Assembly: GCF_009914755.1 (NCBI RefSeq)
Contig: NC_060936.1
Strand: one strand, 5' to 3'
Origin: the human T2T-CHM13v2.0 reference genome, Homo sapiens
DNA: 64,000 nucleotides
In this document: one piece after another, positions 17,044 to 32,532 of the stretch
How positions within the stretch are numbered: position 1 is the first letter of the stretch
How the letters are laid out: the number at the start of each line of letters is the position of its first letter
The notes under the pieces: model-generated
Databases searched by the model: none
The model's input: only the letters and a program-made list of their open reading frames with translations
Told to the model about the DNA's origin: nothing
Translations under genes and position numbers: made by a program

Positions 17044-17910
17044 CCCTCTTGATCCCATTTCCCAAAAAAATGATTTTTTTGAGATCTTACCATCTCCTGG
17101 CTTGTTGCAGAGTACAGAAAATCAAGACAAAGTACAGCACACAAGGAATAAGCAGGGAGGGAAGCGTGGGGGAGGCTGACACCGTGGACTCTCCCAGCTC
17201 AGTCGACCCATGCGCCTTGCTTCATGGAAGAAAGGAATGGAAGATGAAGCATGCCTTCAGCACACAGTGACCTTCCTCACTAGTAAATGCGCCTCCAGAA
17301 GTGTCCAAGAACTCAGTGCCAGAGCCAGACTGGCTGCATGAGAATCACCTGCGAGCCTTTGCAAACACAGGCCCCTACTGGGTCCAAATGTATTCATCTC
17401 TTGGAGGGGAGGAGAGAGGCAGAACAAGGAAAAGGATGGGAAGAAACCAGCCTTGTGCACAGGAGGATGCTGGGATTCCTCCTGCACGTTTAGCGCAATG
17501 CAGCCTATTTTACAAGGTCACAGAAGCTCAGAAAGGTAAACCTGCCCAGGTTCTCATAGCTTGTAACTGGCAAAACCCGCCCAAATCTCTGTCTCTAGAG
17601 ATATTTCCACTTGCTTCAACTCTGGAGCTGTCTTAGTTGTAAAGATGACAGATTCCACTCATCACTCACTTTTGTTTGCAGATATTGCCTAAGGTCCCTT
17701 GTGAATATTTAGGTCAGGGCTGTTTTTTTGAGTTTTTTGTTTGTTTCTTTTTTTTTTTTTTTTTTTTACAAAGCAATCTTGTGGAAAGAACCCAAAGTGC
17801 CTCCCCCATTGAAGACCCTGTAAACAGGAAGACGAGAGTCTGGAGTCCTGGTCTGATTTCCACACCTTCCTTAGATTTCCCTGTGTGTAAAATCCAACAA
17901 CAATCTTTGA

Positions 17911-18320
<410 letters not shown>

Positions 18321-19184
18321 TAGGAAACATCACAGGCAAAGAAGAACACTTTGCATTCAAATAGCAGAATGTTTTCATTTTCAAAGAGCTCTCACCTGCC
18401 ATCTAATCTTGTCTTCCTAGCAGTCCTGGGAGAGAAGCAGATGTGGTTTCCAATCCCACTTTCCAGAAGAGGAGACTGAGGCAGAGGCTTTGCAGATACA
18501 CAGAGGACATGTGAGGACAGGTGAAGGTCATGATCATTGTCAGCCCCCTCCCCCAACTGGACATTCCCAGATCTGGTGGACTTCCAGCCAGAGGAGACAG
18601 AAGGACTGGATCACTCAACTCTGCCATGGGTGCCAGGACCCAATTTTTCCCTGGCTAACTCGGTCACCTCCTGTCTGGGATCTCCAACTACTACCCATCC
18701 CAGAAGTCTCAGCTAAAACAGCAATTCAACGGGGAACTTTTTTCTGAGGCTCCAGGATTGGGCCAGGCCTTCTCCATGGCTCTCTGCCCTTCCCCTACTG
18801 CAGAACTTAGCACCTGTATGTCACTATTGGTTCAAACATGTGTCTTTCATATGCTCTCCACGTTATCTGCAGCATCTGCTAAGAATAATAATGAATGGTA
18901 AAACCTAATCTCTATTGAGTGTCGATGATGCACTTTTAACGTGACATCTTATTTAATCCTCACTATATCTGCAAGAGTAGAAGCTATTAATAGCCAATTT
19001 TCAGATAAGAAAATCAAAGCACAGTTTCTATAACTTACCCAAGCAGCTAGCTAGGAGGCAGCTCAATTTGAGCTCAGGGAATCAGATTCCAGAAACCATG
19101 TTCTCAACTACTGGAGCAGATACCTCCCCAGAATCTAGTAGGTGGTTAATGAGTCTTTGTGGAATAAATGAACAGAAGGACAAG

Positions 19185-19595
19185 CAGTGGATGGATACAT
19201 AGGTGGGTGGGTGGATAGATGGGTGGATGGAAAGATGGGTGGGTGGGCAGGTGAATGAATGAATGGGTGGTTGAGTCGGTGAAGGGATGGCTGAGTGGGT
19301 GGAGAAATGGATGAGTGGTTGAGGGGGTGGAGGGATAGATAAATGGGTGGACGGGTGGGTGGATAGATGGATAGATGAGTGAATGGGTGCATGGGTGAGT
19401 GGATGGATAGATGGGTTGGTGGGTGGGTAGGTGGATGATAGCTGGGTGCATAAGAGAGTGGGCTGGATGGATAGATGGGTGGGTGGGCGGGTGGATAGAT
19501 GGGTAGGTGGGTGGATGGATGTATGCATGTCTGGATGGATGGATGGATGGATGGACGGAATGGTGGATGGATGGACGGACAGATGAACAGATGGA
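19185..19595. repeat. Degenerate (GGAT)n/(GGGT)n tetranucleotide tract
   Basis: ~400 bp of tggatggatgggtgg variants. Confidence 0.95.
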
Positions 19596-21436
19596 CTTGA
19601 GCCTTTATTCAAGGTCCTCCAAAGAATTGAGTGATTTCCTAGGGTGTGTCATCACCTGCAGGTGGGTGGGCAAGGGGGCTTGCCTCTGTAATACTCATGA
19701 TTATGGGTAGTGCTCAGCCTTAGTCGCCACTCTCAGAACACTTTATTGACTAGGAAAGTCAAAACTGGCATTGACAACTAATGCAAATTACAGCTATAAC
19801 TAACAGAAGATGTTGAGTGATGAGAGCTGGGCAACCAATAATCAATAACTTGGCTGTGTCATGTTGCTGCCATGCTGGACAGGTAGAGCCACGGGTTCCT
19901 TAATCCCTCCATCACATTGAGGATGCCTATCAAGATTTCCCCAACCATGAGGACAGGGATATTATCAAATACTTGCAGTTTGCCCCAAAAGGCTCACCCT
20001 CTTCATTCCACCTGCACATGACCTTCAGCTCAAAGACATTTCCAGTCCTCCAGGTCAGCCCTTCTTCCAGCCTTTGAATTAACCCTGATGACTGCCTGCT
20101 CATTAGGTATCTTCACCTTTCATCACACAGCCTTTTCTAAGGCTTTCCTTCAGTCCAGCCCTCACTAAACGCTGGAACTGTTGTTGACAAAATCCAGAAC
20201 AAGCTGGCTGCGGGATACAGGTGGGAAACAGGCTGTCGTAGTGGGGAAGAATTCTAAGCAATCTCGAACACAGAAAAGAAACTGAACAGGTAAGAGAGAG
20301 GCAGTAAAGAGAAGAAGTGTGAATTTTGCATAACTGAAGCTGAAGAAGATTGGGGGGCATGGCAGACCACAAGATAAATATGATATAGACTCCTTTTTAA
20401 AAAAGTATAAACACCCACCCTTTCCTACTGACAACTGTGCTTCAAATATTGCTAAGGTCTTTACTAAAGGCAAGTCAGAAAAACAGGGTATTTTATGCAA
20501 TACAGTAAGAAGGCCCATAGGCAAGCATGTTCCTGACACCACCTTCTAGGATAACCCCTGGGATTCTGGTTACGCCTGTCCTAAAGTTGTCTCTCACTCC
20601 TGCTGTTGGAGAACTACTAAGAGAAAGAACCATAGTGAAGTGGTTAAGAGTGTGCACCCAGCGACCAGCCAGATGACTTCAAACCATCACCATCTAATAC
20701 TGAGCAAGTTACATAATGTTCCTGAGCCTCAACTTTCTCACCTGTAAAATGAGTATGCCGTCATTCATTAATCAGATTCTAGGTAAGCATATACTAAACA
20801 CCAGAGACACAAATGAGAATCAGGAACAGGCATGGCCCTGGCCCTCACGGTGACCACAGTCTTGAAGGGGAAGGATGACACGCACAGAAATAGGAAGCCG
20901 TAGCTGAGCTCATGACACCTGGTGTCATGAAAGCAGATAACAGGGGGTTGCTGTGACTGAGTCAGTGTGGTCAGGTGTCCCAGAGGATGTAGTGACTCCA
21001 CTGTCAGATGAGACTGTGACCAGGTGAACAGGTAGGGACAGGGAAAATCTTTCCAGGCAGAAAGAGCAGGATGTGCAAAGGCCCCGTGGCAGGAAAAGAG
21101 CAAAGGAAGTGCAAGAGCCTGAAAGAGGCCAGAGAGAACAAGTGAACATGTGGATAATCACAGCACCCACCTCATACAGGACTTGCAAGAAATTGAGACA
21201 CTGTCTGTAACAGATTCAGCAATGACTAAATAGAAACTATCTCCTAAAAGCACAGGATGAAGCTCCTTGGTGGTATTTCCCATGTGAGGCTGCCATGGAC
21301 TCAGAGGCCAAGTTCAACCTGCCTGTAGACAACCTCCAAGCCAGCTGGACACACATACAGCCTCAGGCTCAGGATATCCAGGACAGAGTCCTGGATGCTT
21401 GAAGTCATGATAAGTATCCAGAATGACACAGAATTC

Positions 21437-21742
<306 letters not shown>

Positions 21743-22469
21743 TGACACAGAATTTGCTAAAGGGGGATAAACGGCTTTCTTCCAAAGCTGGGCCTGGTTT
21801 CTACAGAGAGTCTTTCAGATGAAAATTAAGCAGCTCTTTGCAAGCAGCTCTCTGCAAGCACCTCAGAGGAGAACCCCTCACCCTGATGAATCAGGCACAC
21901 GGGCGCATCCAAGACAATCGGCTGCATGCATGTGAACAAGCCTATGGTAGAAATGCAGTGCTTTATTTGTTTGGGGTGGTTTAATCACCAGGAGGGAGAA
22001 GCATCTAAAGCAGCATTCAGAGGTGGCTGTTGCCTGGGTTTTCTGGAAGGGGGAGGCGGTGAGGATGAGGGCTTCCATTTCATCTGCAGGACCCTTGCAG
22101 AAGGAGCTGGGGAAAGCTTTGCAGCCATCTGCACACTGTTTGCCATCTTGTCTGGCTGGGCAGCCGAGCTCCAGATGGGGGCGGATGGGATAGCTCTTGC
22201 CACCGTATTTGGAGAGAGATGGCAGGGAAGTCAGCCCCCATGAAGAAGACAGGAGCACACAGGTGCTGGAAAGTGCTGCCTAGGCCCCTGGGCTGAAGTG
22301 TCCAACCCCACAGCCTCTACCTGCCACCAAAGCAGCCCGAGAGGATCTTCTCTGTCCATCTCCATCCTGGCACCTACAGACACTTGGAGAGGGTCCTTCA
22401 CATTGGAACTCACAAATGCACACTGATAACCCCCACACGGAACTCTCATACGTAGCAAGTGAAAAGACA

Positions 22470-22630
22470 GGATGCCAGTTTAACTTGAATTTCAGATAAA
22501 CAACAAATCATTTTTTAGGGTAAGCAGGTCCCAAATATTGCATGGGATATATTTGCACCAAAAAAAAAAAAAAAGGTTAATGAGAAATTCAGGTTTAATT
22601 GGACTTCCTGTATTTTAACTGGCAAGCCTA
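22470..22630. mobile_element. MER53-like DNA transposon fossil
   Basis: gccagtt.aa.ttgaatttcagataaacaac...gtcccaaatattgcatgggatata...tattttaactggcaa. Confidence 0.65.
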
Positions 22631-24016
22631 ACCCCGTGTAAACACAACCTCGAGCTTGAAACTCACAGAGAAGCCACGGCCGTGCTCACACATGCACACA
22701 AACCCATATGCCTTACAGAGTCAAGGGCTGTGATGAGGGTCCCCACCCTTGCACACTTCCCTGTCCTCTGTCTGGGCTCAGAGCAAACAGAGGGTCACCT
22801 GGCATCCACGTCTAAGCTGGGCTTGGAGGTGTCCTAAAGAAGCAGGATGCTGACCTGCACTTCCCCAGCTAAGCCGGGGCTGCAGCCAGGCCTAGCTTCC
22901 AGTCTCGGGCCTAGAACACACAGCACAGCCCCAGACCTTGGCAAGAAGGCCACTGGTCCAGGACCTATTAGAAGCCCCACTTCTTTCCTCTGTTTCTGCT
23001 GCCATTGCCCCAGTCTCTGACCCTGACACTCAATCACTCTATAAACACAGCAGGTACTGGGGTGGCTCTGGGCTCGGCACTAAAGACAATGCCCCTGGTA
23101 AAGCCACAGTCTAGCAATGACAGTCAACCACGTATCAGCAACAGCCCTGCCCCACACGTGCTGACTGCGCACAAGGCCGGCGCTGTGAACGTGCTCTCAA
23201 CACTGATCTCACTGAACCCTCATGGCAGCTCTAGGATGCAGACAGTAGCATCACATTATCCCCATTTTACTTTTGAGGAAACTGAGGCCTGAAGAAGGCA
23301 AATGCAGGCCTCGAGATTTGCAGTAACATTGCCAGGAATGTTTGAGAAAGCAAACTTCTCCAGAGTGAGGCAGTCTGCCAGAGCTCAGAAGCCAGAGTCC
23401 CTGTTAGCAGGGGTTGGGGGGACTGTGGGGTGGGGGCAGACAAGCAGGTAGGGGCTGGACCCCCCAGGACACCAGGGTGCAGACTGGTGTGAGTAAAAGA
23501 GAGGCGGTCGTGCCATCATCTGCAGAAGATGATGTCTACAGAGGACAGTACCATGTGAGCCCTTGGGGAGCCAGATGACTGGATGGAATTTTGCACAGGA
23601 TGCAAATTAAGCACAGATCCCCCTCTGACCTAGACAGCCCACCTCCAGGAACATCCCACAGAAACGCAGACACAGAGCACCAAGTGATGTGTGCGAGGAA
23701 ATTCATCAGAACACCGTCTGTGACTGGGAAAAGGCGGAAACCATCCACAGACGTATCGCTGCAGGGCTGGTTAAACGAAGCAAGGTGCATCCACACATCA
23801 GAATAACTGCTGGGAGAAGAAGGTGGTTCCCAGGTTCCAATGGGAGACAATGTCAAAGACACGCTGCCTGAAAAGCAGGCTTTCCAAAGAATAAATACAG
23901 CATTATTCCGTTTTTACTTTTTAAAAAAGGTTACAATAAACACTTACGTGCAAATACATGTGCTTGCGTGCACAGAGGAAAAAGGTGTGGACAGGAACAG
24001 AAAACCAAACTCTGCG

Positions 24017-24282
24017 GGTTCTCACTCATAAGTGGAAGTTGAACAATGAGAACACATGGACACAGGGAGGGGAACATCACACACCGGGGCTCGTCGGGGG
24101 TGGGGGACAAGGGGTGGGAGAGCGTTAGGACAAATACCTAATGCATGCAGGGCTTAAACCTAGATGACGGGTTGACAGGTGCAGCAAACCACCATGGCAC
24201 ATGTATATCTATGTAACAAACCTGCACATTCTGCACATGTATCTCAGAACGTAGAATAAAAAATAAAAAGAAATCAAAGAAA
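24017..24282 (+). mobile_element. L1PA 3' end
   Basis: gttctcactcataagtgg.agttgaacaatgagaacacatggacacagggagggg...gtaacaaacctgcac, A-rich tail. Confidence 0.9.
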
Positions 24283-24386
24283 AAGGTGTGGAGAGGTATA
24301 CCCCAACGCTTCCCAGTGTTACCTCTGAGAAGCAAGATCAAGAAAAGCAAGTCGAGAGGATGTTTTGTTTTTTGTTTTCTATATAA

Positions 24387-24722
24387 TTTTTTTTTTTTTT
24401 TTTGGAAACATAGTCTCGCTCTATTGCCCAGTCTGGAGTCCAGGGACACAATCTCGGCTCACTGCAACCTCCTGCTCACTGCAACCTTCTCCTTACTGCA
24501 ACCTGCTCCTCACTGCAACTTGCTCCTTCTGGGATACAGTGATTCTCTTGCCTCAGCCTCCCAAATAACTAGGATTACAGGTGCGCACCACCTGGCTAAC
24601 TTTTGTATTTTTTGTAGAGACAGGGTTTCACTATTTTGGCCAAGCTGGTCTCGAACTCTTGGCCCACCCGCCTTGGCCTCCAAAAGTGCTGGGATTACAG
24701 GTGTGAGCCACCATGCCTGGCC
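24387..24722 (-). mobile_element. AluS with internal 4x17-bp tandem expansion
   Basis: Alu consensus; ctcactgcaacct unit repeated at 24458-24525. Confidence 0.85.
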
Positions 24723-25217
24723 TGCATTGCTTGAATTCTCAGACCACATGGACCCTCTCATCTGGTCCTACTGCAAGAGTCCAAGGCAGGAAAGGCAGAA
24801 GGCAGGGGCTTACCCCTCCATCAGGACAACATAGAAAAGAGTCAAAAAAGAAAAACATGAATGGATCAGTGAAGAGGGCTGTGCACATGCCCTCTCAGGC
24901 ACCTACACCTTGCAACTTAAGCCGACAAGCTTTCAAGCCACAGAGTCTTCCTTCCTAGAGACTAGCAAGGACACAAGCCCTGGCCAGTCCCCTCCAGGAG
25001 GATGGCCTGAGGGATAAGGTGGGGGGCACAGTCAGGGATGGCAGGAGTAAAGGGGGTTATGAAGCCAAGGAACCCAGGGCACCCCATGCTTCCTGAAGGC
25101 CACCAGAACAGGGTGCCACACAGAGCCCCTGTGTACCTGTTTCCACAACAGCCTGAACACAAGGAAAAGGAAAACAAGGAAAATACACAAAGCCCAGCCT
25201 CACCTGGAGCAGGTTAA

Positions 25218-26051
<834 letters not shown>

Positions 26052-26579
26052 TAGCAAGAGCTTTTGAGACAGACACTTAAATATGCATGCCTAGACATTA
26101 TAAAACTTGGGGGAAATGCTAATTTCAATAACGCCACTTCTTGTGCTTGCAGAAACCATTCTTTTATCTCCCTTCCTAGGAATTTGGGGGCTCCATCCCT
26201 CAGAGTGGCAGCGCCAAGACAGCCGGCCTCACTGGGTTTTGTAAGCTGTGCAAGGGGAGATCCCAAGCCCTTGCCTGGAGACCCATCTTAGGAAAACGTT
26301 AGAACAGGGCAACAAGTGGCCATTTCCTCCCTCCTTTCTCTTCCCCATACAAAAATCAGAAAGCACACTAGCCCAGTGCCCAGCCACAGTGGTGAGGAAA
26401 CCCCACTCAAAATCCTGGGTTGTGCCCCTGATGCCAAAGACCTGCAAAATTGGGCCTCACCTGCTGCAACCCTAGCCCAGACTTGCGTACATTTCAGCGG
26501 TGGCTGGACTCATGGCCACCTGGGACGTCAGGGTGGTACAAAGTCCTCTTAATCTAAGACTGTCGGGGTACAAAGATAA

Positions 26580-26765
26580 GCATATTTTCCCCTTTTCTTG
26601 AGAGCCAGATGGTAAATAGTTCAGCTTTGCAGGCCATAGGTCTCTGTCCCAACTATTCAACTCTCCATTGTAGCAGGAAAGCAGCCACAGACAATATGCA
26701 CTGAAATGGGTGTGACTGTGTGCCAATAAAACTTTATTTGTGTGAACAGGCAGGGGGCTGGTTGT
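26580..26765. mobile_element. MER58A DNA transposon fossil
   Basis: gccagatggtaaata..tttgcaggccataggtctctgtc.caact..caactct.ccattgtagc..gccaataaaactttattt. Confidence 0.7.
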
Positions 26766-27189
26766 GGCGTGTGGGCTACAGCCTGCCTCCTCTGCTACAG
26801 CGTGATCTCCAAGGACCCATCCATCTTGTAGACCAGCAGCTGGCACACAGGAGCTGCTCAGATACTTGAAGGAGGAATGGAGAAGGCAAGCAGCCCCCAG
26901 TGTGCAGACGTGAGGGTCTCCCAGCAGCACCATCCTCTGCCATCTCATGCCGAGGGACAAAGCCAGAGCAGGGCTCTCCACCAAGGCTGGGCTCTCCTCC
27001 AAGGAAATGTGATAACAAGACAGAAAGCACTGTGGAAGGATAGGGGCTTTGGAGTCCCACAAACCACAGTTTGCAAGACCAGGAGCATCCTGCACTTCCT
27101 TGCACACAACCTGGGTGGGTGCTGGAGCATCTATACTTAGAGTGAATCTTTTCCCCCTCCTCCCCCAACTGGCCTCCATTACACTTCCA

Positions 27190-28010
27190 GCAACAATGTA
27201 GTGTACGTACACAATGGAATACTATTCAGCCTTCAAAAAGAAGTAAATCCTGCCATTTGAGAAAACATGGATGAGCCTGGAGGATATTATGTTAAGTGAA
27301 ATAAGCCAGGCACAAAACGACAAATACCACATGATCTCACTTATATGTGAAATCTAAAAAAGTTGAACTCGGCCAGGCATGGTGGCTCATGCCTGTAATC
27401 CCAGCACTTTGAGAGGCTGAGGCCGGCAGATTGCTTGAGCCCAGGAGTTCGAGACCAGCCTGCATAACATAGCAAGACCCCATCTCTACAAAAAAATGCA
27501 AAAATTAGTGGAGCATGGTGGTGCATGCCTGTACTCCCAGATACTCAGGAGGCCGAGGTGGGAGGATTGATTGAGCTTGGGAATTCAAGGCTGCAGTGAG
27601 CCAAGATCACACCCCTGCACTACAGCCTGGGCAATAGAATGAGATTGTCTCAAAAAAAAAAAGAATGAAAAAGAAAAGAAAAAAGTTGAGTTCACAGAAG
27701 CAGAGTAGAATGATGGTTGCCAGGGTGGGGAAGTGGGCAGATGCCAAAGGACACAGAATGTCATTTTTAGAGAAGAAGAATAAGTTCAGGATATCCATGG
27801 GACAACATGGTACCTATAGTTAATAACAACATATCATACACTTGGAAATCACTAAGAGAGTAGATTTTTTAAGTGTTCTCACCATAAAAAAATAAGTCTG
27901 GGAGGTGATATGTTATTTAGCTTGATCTAGCCATTTTGTAATGTATACATACTTCAATCTCATCATGTTGTACCCTCTTGTACATAATTTTTGTCAATTC
28001 AATAAATTCA
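27190..28010 (+). mobile_element. L1MA 3' fragment interrupted by AluJ (27371-27685)
   Basis: cacaatggaatactattcagcc...aagtgaaataagccaggcaca; aaaaaagttga(a/g) TSD around the Alu. Confidence 0.8.
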
Positions 28011-28074
28011 ACAGCTCCAGAAAACAAGACATTCTTTTTAGAAAATAATTATTAAAAATAAAATTCAGAATTCT

Positions 28075-28436
<362 letters not shown>

Positions 28437-28611
28437 TAAGTGGTAATTGTTCTAACATGTTTTGGTCAAAATAGTCTCCTTACTCATCCACAATTAAATG
28501 GTTAATTGATATTTGATTGGATTTTGATAAAGTTTTCAAATCATGATTGACTTTTCCAATGTACAGTAAAATGTGTTTGAAAATATTTCATAAAAATTAA
28601 TATTGAAAAAT

Positions 28612-28816
28612 GGTCAGGCATGGTAGCTCATGCCTGTAATCCCAGCACTTTGGGAGGCCAAGGTGGGCCGATCACTTGAGGTCAGGAGTTTGAAAGCAGC
28701 CTGGCCAAACCTCATCTCCACTAAAAATACAAAAGTTAGTCGGGCATGGTGTCGCGCACCTGCATTCCCAGCTACTTGGGAGGCTGAGGGAGGAGAATCC
28801 TTTGAACCTGGGAGGT
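28612..28816 (+). mobile_element. Alu, 3'-truncated
   Basis: Alu similarity stops abruptly at gaacctgggaggtgg. Confidence 0.85.
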
Positions 28817-30160
28817 GGGTTCCCCAGGCTTAGAGCAAAACCGCCATCTTGTCCGTCTCCACTCTCATCCCAGGCAATCATGGTCATTTCCACAGCCTCA
28901 ACCACTGTCTACCTGGGATGCGTCCCAAGCCCAAGTCTCCAGCCCAAACCTGCCTTCCTAGCCCCAGACCCATCTGTCCTGGCACACGTTGCTCCCTGGG
29001 TCCCAAGCAACCTCAGCCAATGAGTCCAACGTCAACTTCCTGTCCTTGCCTGACACTGTCAGCCCTGAGATCAGACTTGACCATTCACCTCCAGTACCTG
29101 ATAGGTCCGTCAGTCCTTTGGAACATATCCCATGAACACTCCCCAAACCAGGCACCGGACTCCACACATCAACACCGTCATGTGAGTCACCAGCATCCCT
29201 GGCAGGGACCCCTGTCCCAGCCTTCAACTCATTTCCTTCCTGTCTCTTGAGTTCTGTGTCACATTCCAGAGGCCACAAGAAGAAAAATGATAACCTTAAT
29301 GAAATTAAAAGAATTGAGAAGACATTTCCCTATGGTCCAAAGTCTTTCCAACTAAGAAACACGTATCAAGATCCGGCCTGCCAACCCTGTGGTTAAATGT
29401 TCCTGAAATAATTAAAGCCCAGGGCAACACAGCCCGCACTCCACAAGTACTCCCAGCACAGTAAGACTTGCTTTTCTGGAGGGGCTTGAAATGTCCAGTG
29501 TGTGCCCTGCCCCTCTCTGTCGTAGCTAACAGGAATGTGCTTCATGTCTTCTTCCTGCTCAAAGGACCATCCACCAACCTGTGCAGGCAGCACTTTCGGC
29601 CCGGGGGGGGATGCGAGAACTTCCCACCATTTCCCACTTACGCACTGCATTCCTCAGGAGCCTGCCTCACAAATTACAAGAGCGCCACGGCAGACACACG
29701 ACGTTCCAGTGGGTGGCCATGTCTTCATGTCAGCTTGAAAGATCGTCACCAGGGAAATATCTATATCTCGGCAGAGAGAGCTTCAGCCTGTGTAGTCCAG
29801 CTGTGCTCAAATGGAAATCCAGAAACCCAGATGTTGGTCCAAACACCCTGTCTCGGACAGCCAGCTCTGCAGGTCCCCAGCATGGGAGTGAACTGGGTGG
29901 GCCACCTACCCTGCCTGCCCACATCCCTGCTTCCTGGAATCCTGGACCCTGAGAACCAGGGGGATGTGGTGGGGAACAGGCAAGTCTTGTACAGAAAGCC
30001 AACATGCCACCCAAATCCACTCTGCAGTCTAGGTGGGTGATATTCTGGTCTGCACCACACCAGTGCATGAGGGGATGGAGGATGGAGTCTAGACAAGCCA
30101 AATGTAAAAAGATATTGCCCAAGTATTTTGTGCTTTCCCTGTGTTACAATGCTATGCCCA

Positions 30161-30462
<302 letters not shown>

Positions 30463-30679
30463 AGTGCTATGCCCAGCATTTTCCATGTACTGTCTTATTA
30501 TCTCAGTAAATCCCATATAACCTTCCTATGAAAGTGTATCTCATTTATCTCCATTTTATAGATGAGAAAACTGAGGCCCCTGGAGTAGTATTAATTTTCC
30601 AAGACCTCATTGCTCATAAAGGGTACAGCAGGGACCCAAGCTTGACACTCTCACCCTCAAACATTTCCACAAGTGTAGA

Positions 30680-30910
30680 CCAATGGCTCTCAACTGGGGT
30701 GGTTTTGCTCACGTACCACTCCCTTGCCCCACAGCATTTGAGACCATCTGGAGACATCTGGGGTAGCCACAGCTGGGAGGATAGAATGGCACCTAGAGGA
30801 TGGAGACCAGGGATGGTGCTAGCCATCCTACAATACACAGGATGCCCCCCACCACCACCATGAATGGTCTCACCCCAAGTGTTGTGACTGTGGCAAAGCT
30901 GAGAAACCAG
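30680..30910. mobile_element. MER20 (second copy at ~37688-37917)
   Basis: caatggctctcaactggggtggttttgc..tctggagacat..catcctacaatacacaggatgcccc..gctgagaaacc. Confidence 0.7.
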
Positions 30911-32219
30911 GTTTCTCCTCAGCAAGAAGGAAAATCCCTGCAACGTGGATGCGCCTCTACAGGAGCCCCAGGCTGACAACAACCTTCCTGATCTGGTTTC
31001 AACCCTGGATGCTTTTACCTGGTGTGTCCATCAGGGATTTCAGGGACTCCAGTGAGTTATTACCCTCGAATGCTCGGTTCTGCCTGACAACCCAGAAATC
31101 TCTGCCAAGATGCCTGGTGGTCTTGGGGAAGGCTCAGCAAGTGGTTGAGGTTGATAACCAAGTACCTAGGAGACACTTTTCTCTCCCTCCAGGAGGAGCT
31201 GTGGGTCAGACACACCCTGGGATCATTCACAAGTGGTCAATAAAGGCTTGGGGAGGGCCAGGTTTTCTAGGCCTTCTCAACGGGGTGGGTGTTTGTGGAT
31301 ACACAAGAAGCCTGTGAAACTTCTGATATTGGCAGGAAATCAATACCCCCCACCCTCCACGCCCCCACATCCCCACCATAAACACATGCCCTGCAGCAGG
31401 ACTTGGCACTCAGGGGCTCCTGAGATCCCGATTTACCTGCTAAAACATCCTCTAGCCATCACCGAATAAAGCAACCCCTTGCCACCCAACCACAAGATCA
31501 CAGCCTGGGAGCCACTCCAAGGAACACCAAGTCACATTAAAACCTCAGCCATCCAGAGCACCAGGCCTGGTGATGAGAAAGAACATTTTATCCTTAAACG
31601 CATCTGAATGCCCATGCTGCTTCTGGCAGAGAAAAGTCCAAAATAATCTGCTATTAAAGAATGAGGATGGTTTTGACATTTTTACCAAGCTAATGGTCTA
31701 CGCAGACAAAATCTCATAAAAGGGCCCTCTGTTCTTCTTGATCCACTCAGACATGACCTGTGAGTGAAGAAACGGATCTCCTCCTCAAAGAAATCACTGC
31801 TGATCCTCGTACCAGCCTGACACTGCTTCATGGGTTCTTCAAAGAGAGTATTCCCATAGAAACTAAAAAGGAAGAGGAATGTGTCTGACGGGCATTGTGG
31901 GCAGCAGTGGGCTTTGGGCCAAATTTTAAGTTTGAAAATCAAGATTCCCTCTTTTCGAGGGGCCGCCGGACTGAGCAGATACAGACACCGTGAAAAGAGG
32001 GTGCCATGTTCAGATTCAGGAAACAAGGATGGTTTCTGTTCAGTTCCTCCATCATCCTTCAGGTCATGCGATTCCCATTTCCCTCTGTGGACCAAACAAT
32101 TCAGTGGGGTTTCTGCCTTTTAAATATTTCATTATCAACATATCATCCTTTTAGCCTCCAGAAGGCATTTTAACATGAAGATTCTGGCTTAAGACTCTTG
32201 TGGGTCTGTCTGTCTCTCT

Positions 32220-32374
32220 CTCTTTTCCTTGAAACAGAGTCTCACTTTGTCACCCAGGCTGGAGTGCAGTGGCATGATCACAGCTCACTGCAGCCCGACC
32301 TTCCAGGCTCTAGTAATCCTCCCACCTCAGCCTCCCAAGTACTTGGGACTACAGGCACACACCACCATACCTGG

Positions 32375-32414
<40 letters not shown>

Positions 32415-32532
32415 GTAGATATGAGGCTTCACCATGTTGCCCAGCTGGTCTTAAACTCCTGGGCTCAAGCGATCCTCCCCTTTCGGCCTCTCAAAGTGTT
32501 GGGATTATTGGCTTGAGCCACCATGCCCGGCC
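32220..32532 (-). mobile_element. AluJ with expanded T linker (second copy at ~39230-39526)
   Basis: AluJ motifs; central T run much longer in unit 1 than in unit 2. Confidence 0.85.

Noticed and set aside
19082-19710. His/Pro-rich ORFs up to 176 aa
   Set aside because: Artefact of the (GGAT/GGGT)n tract, open in all frames.
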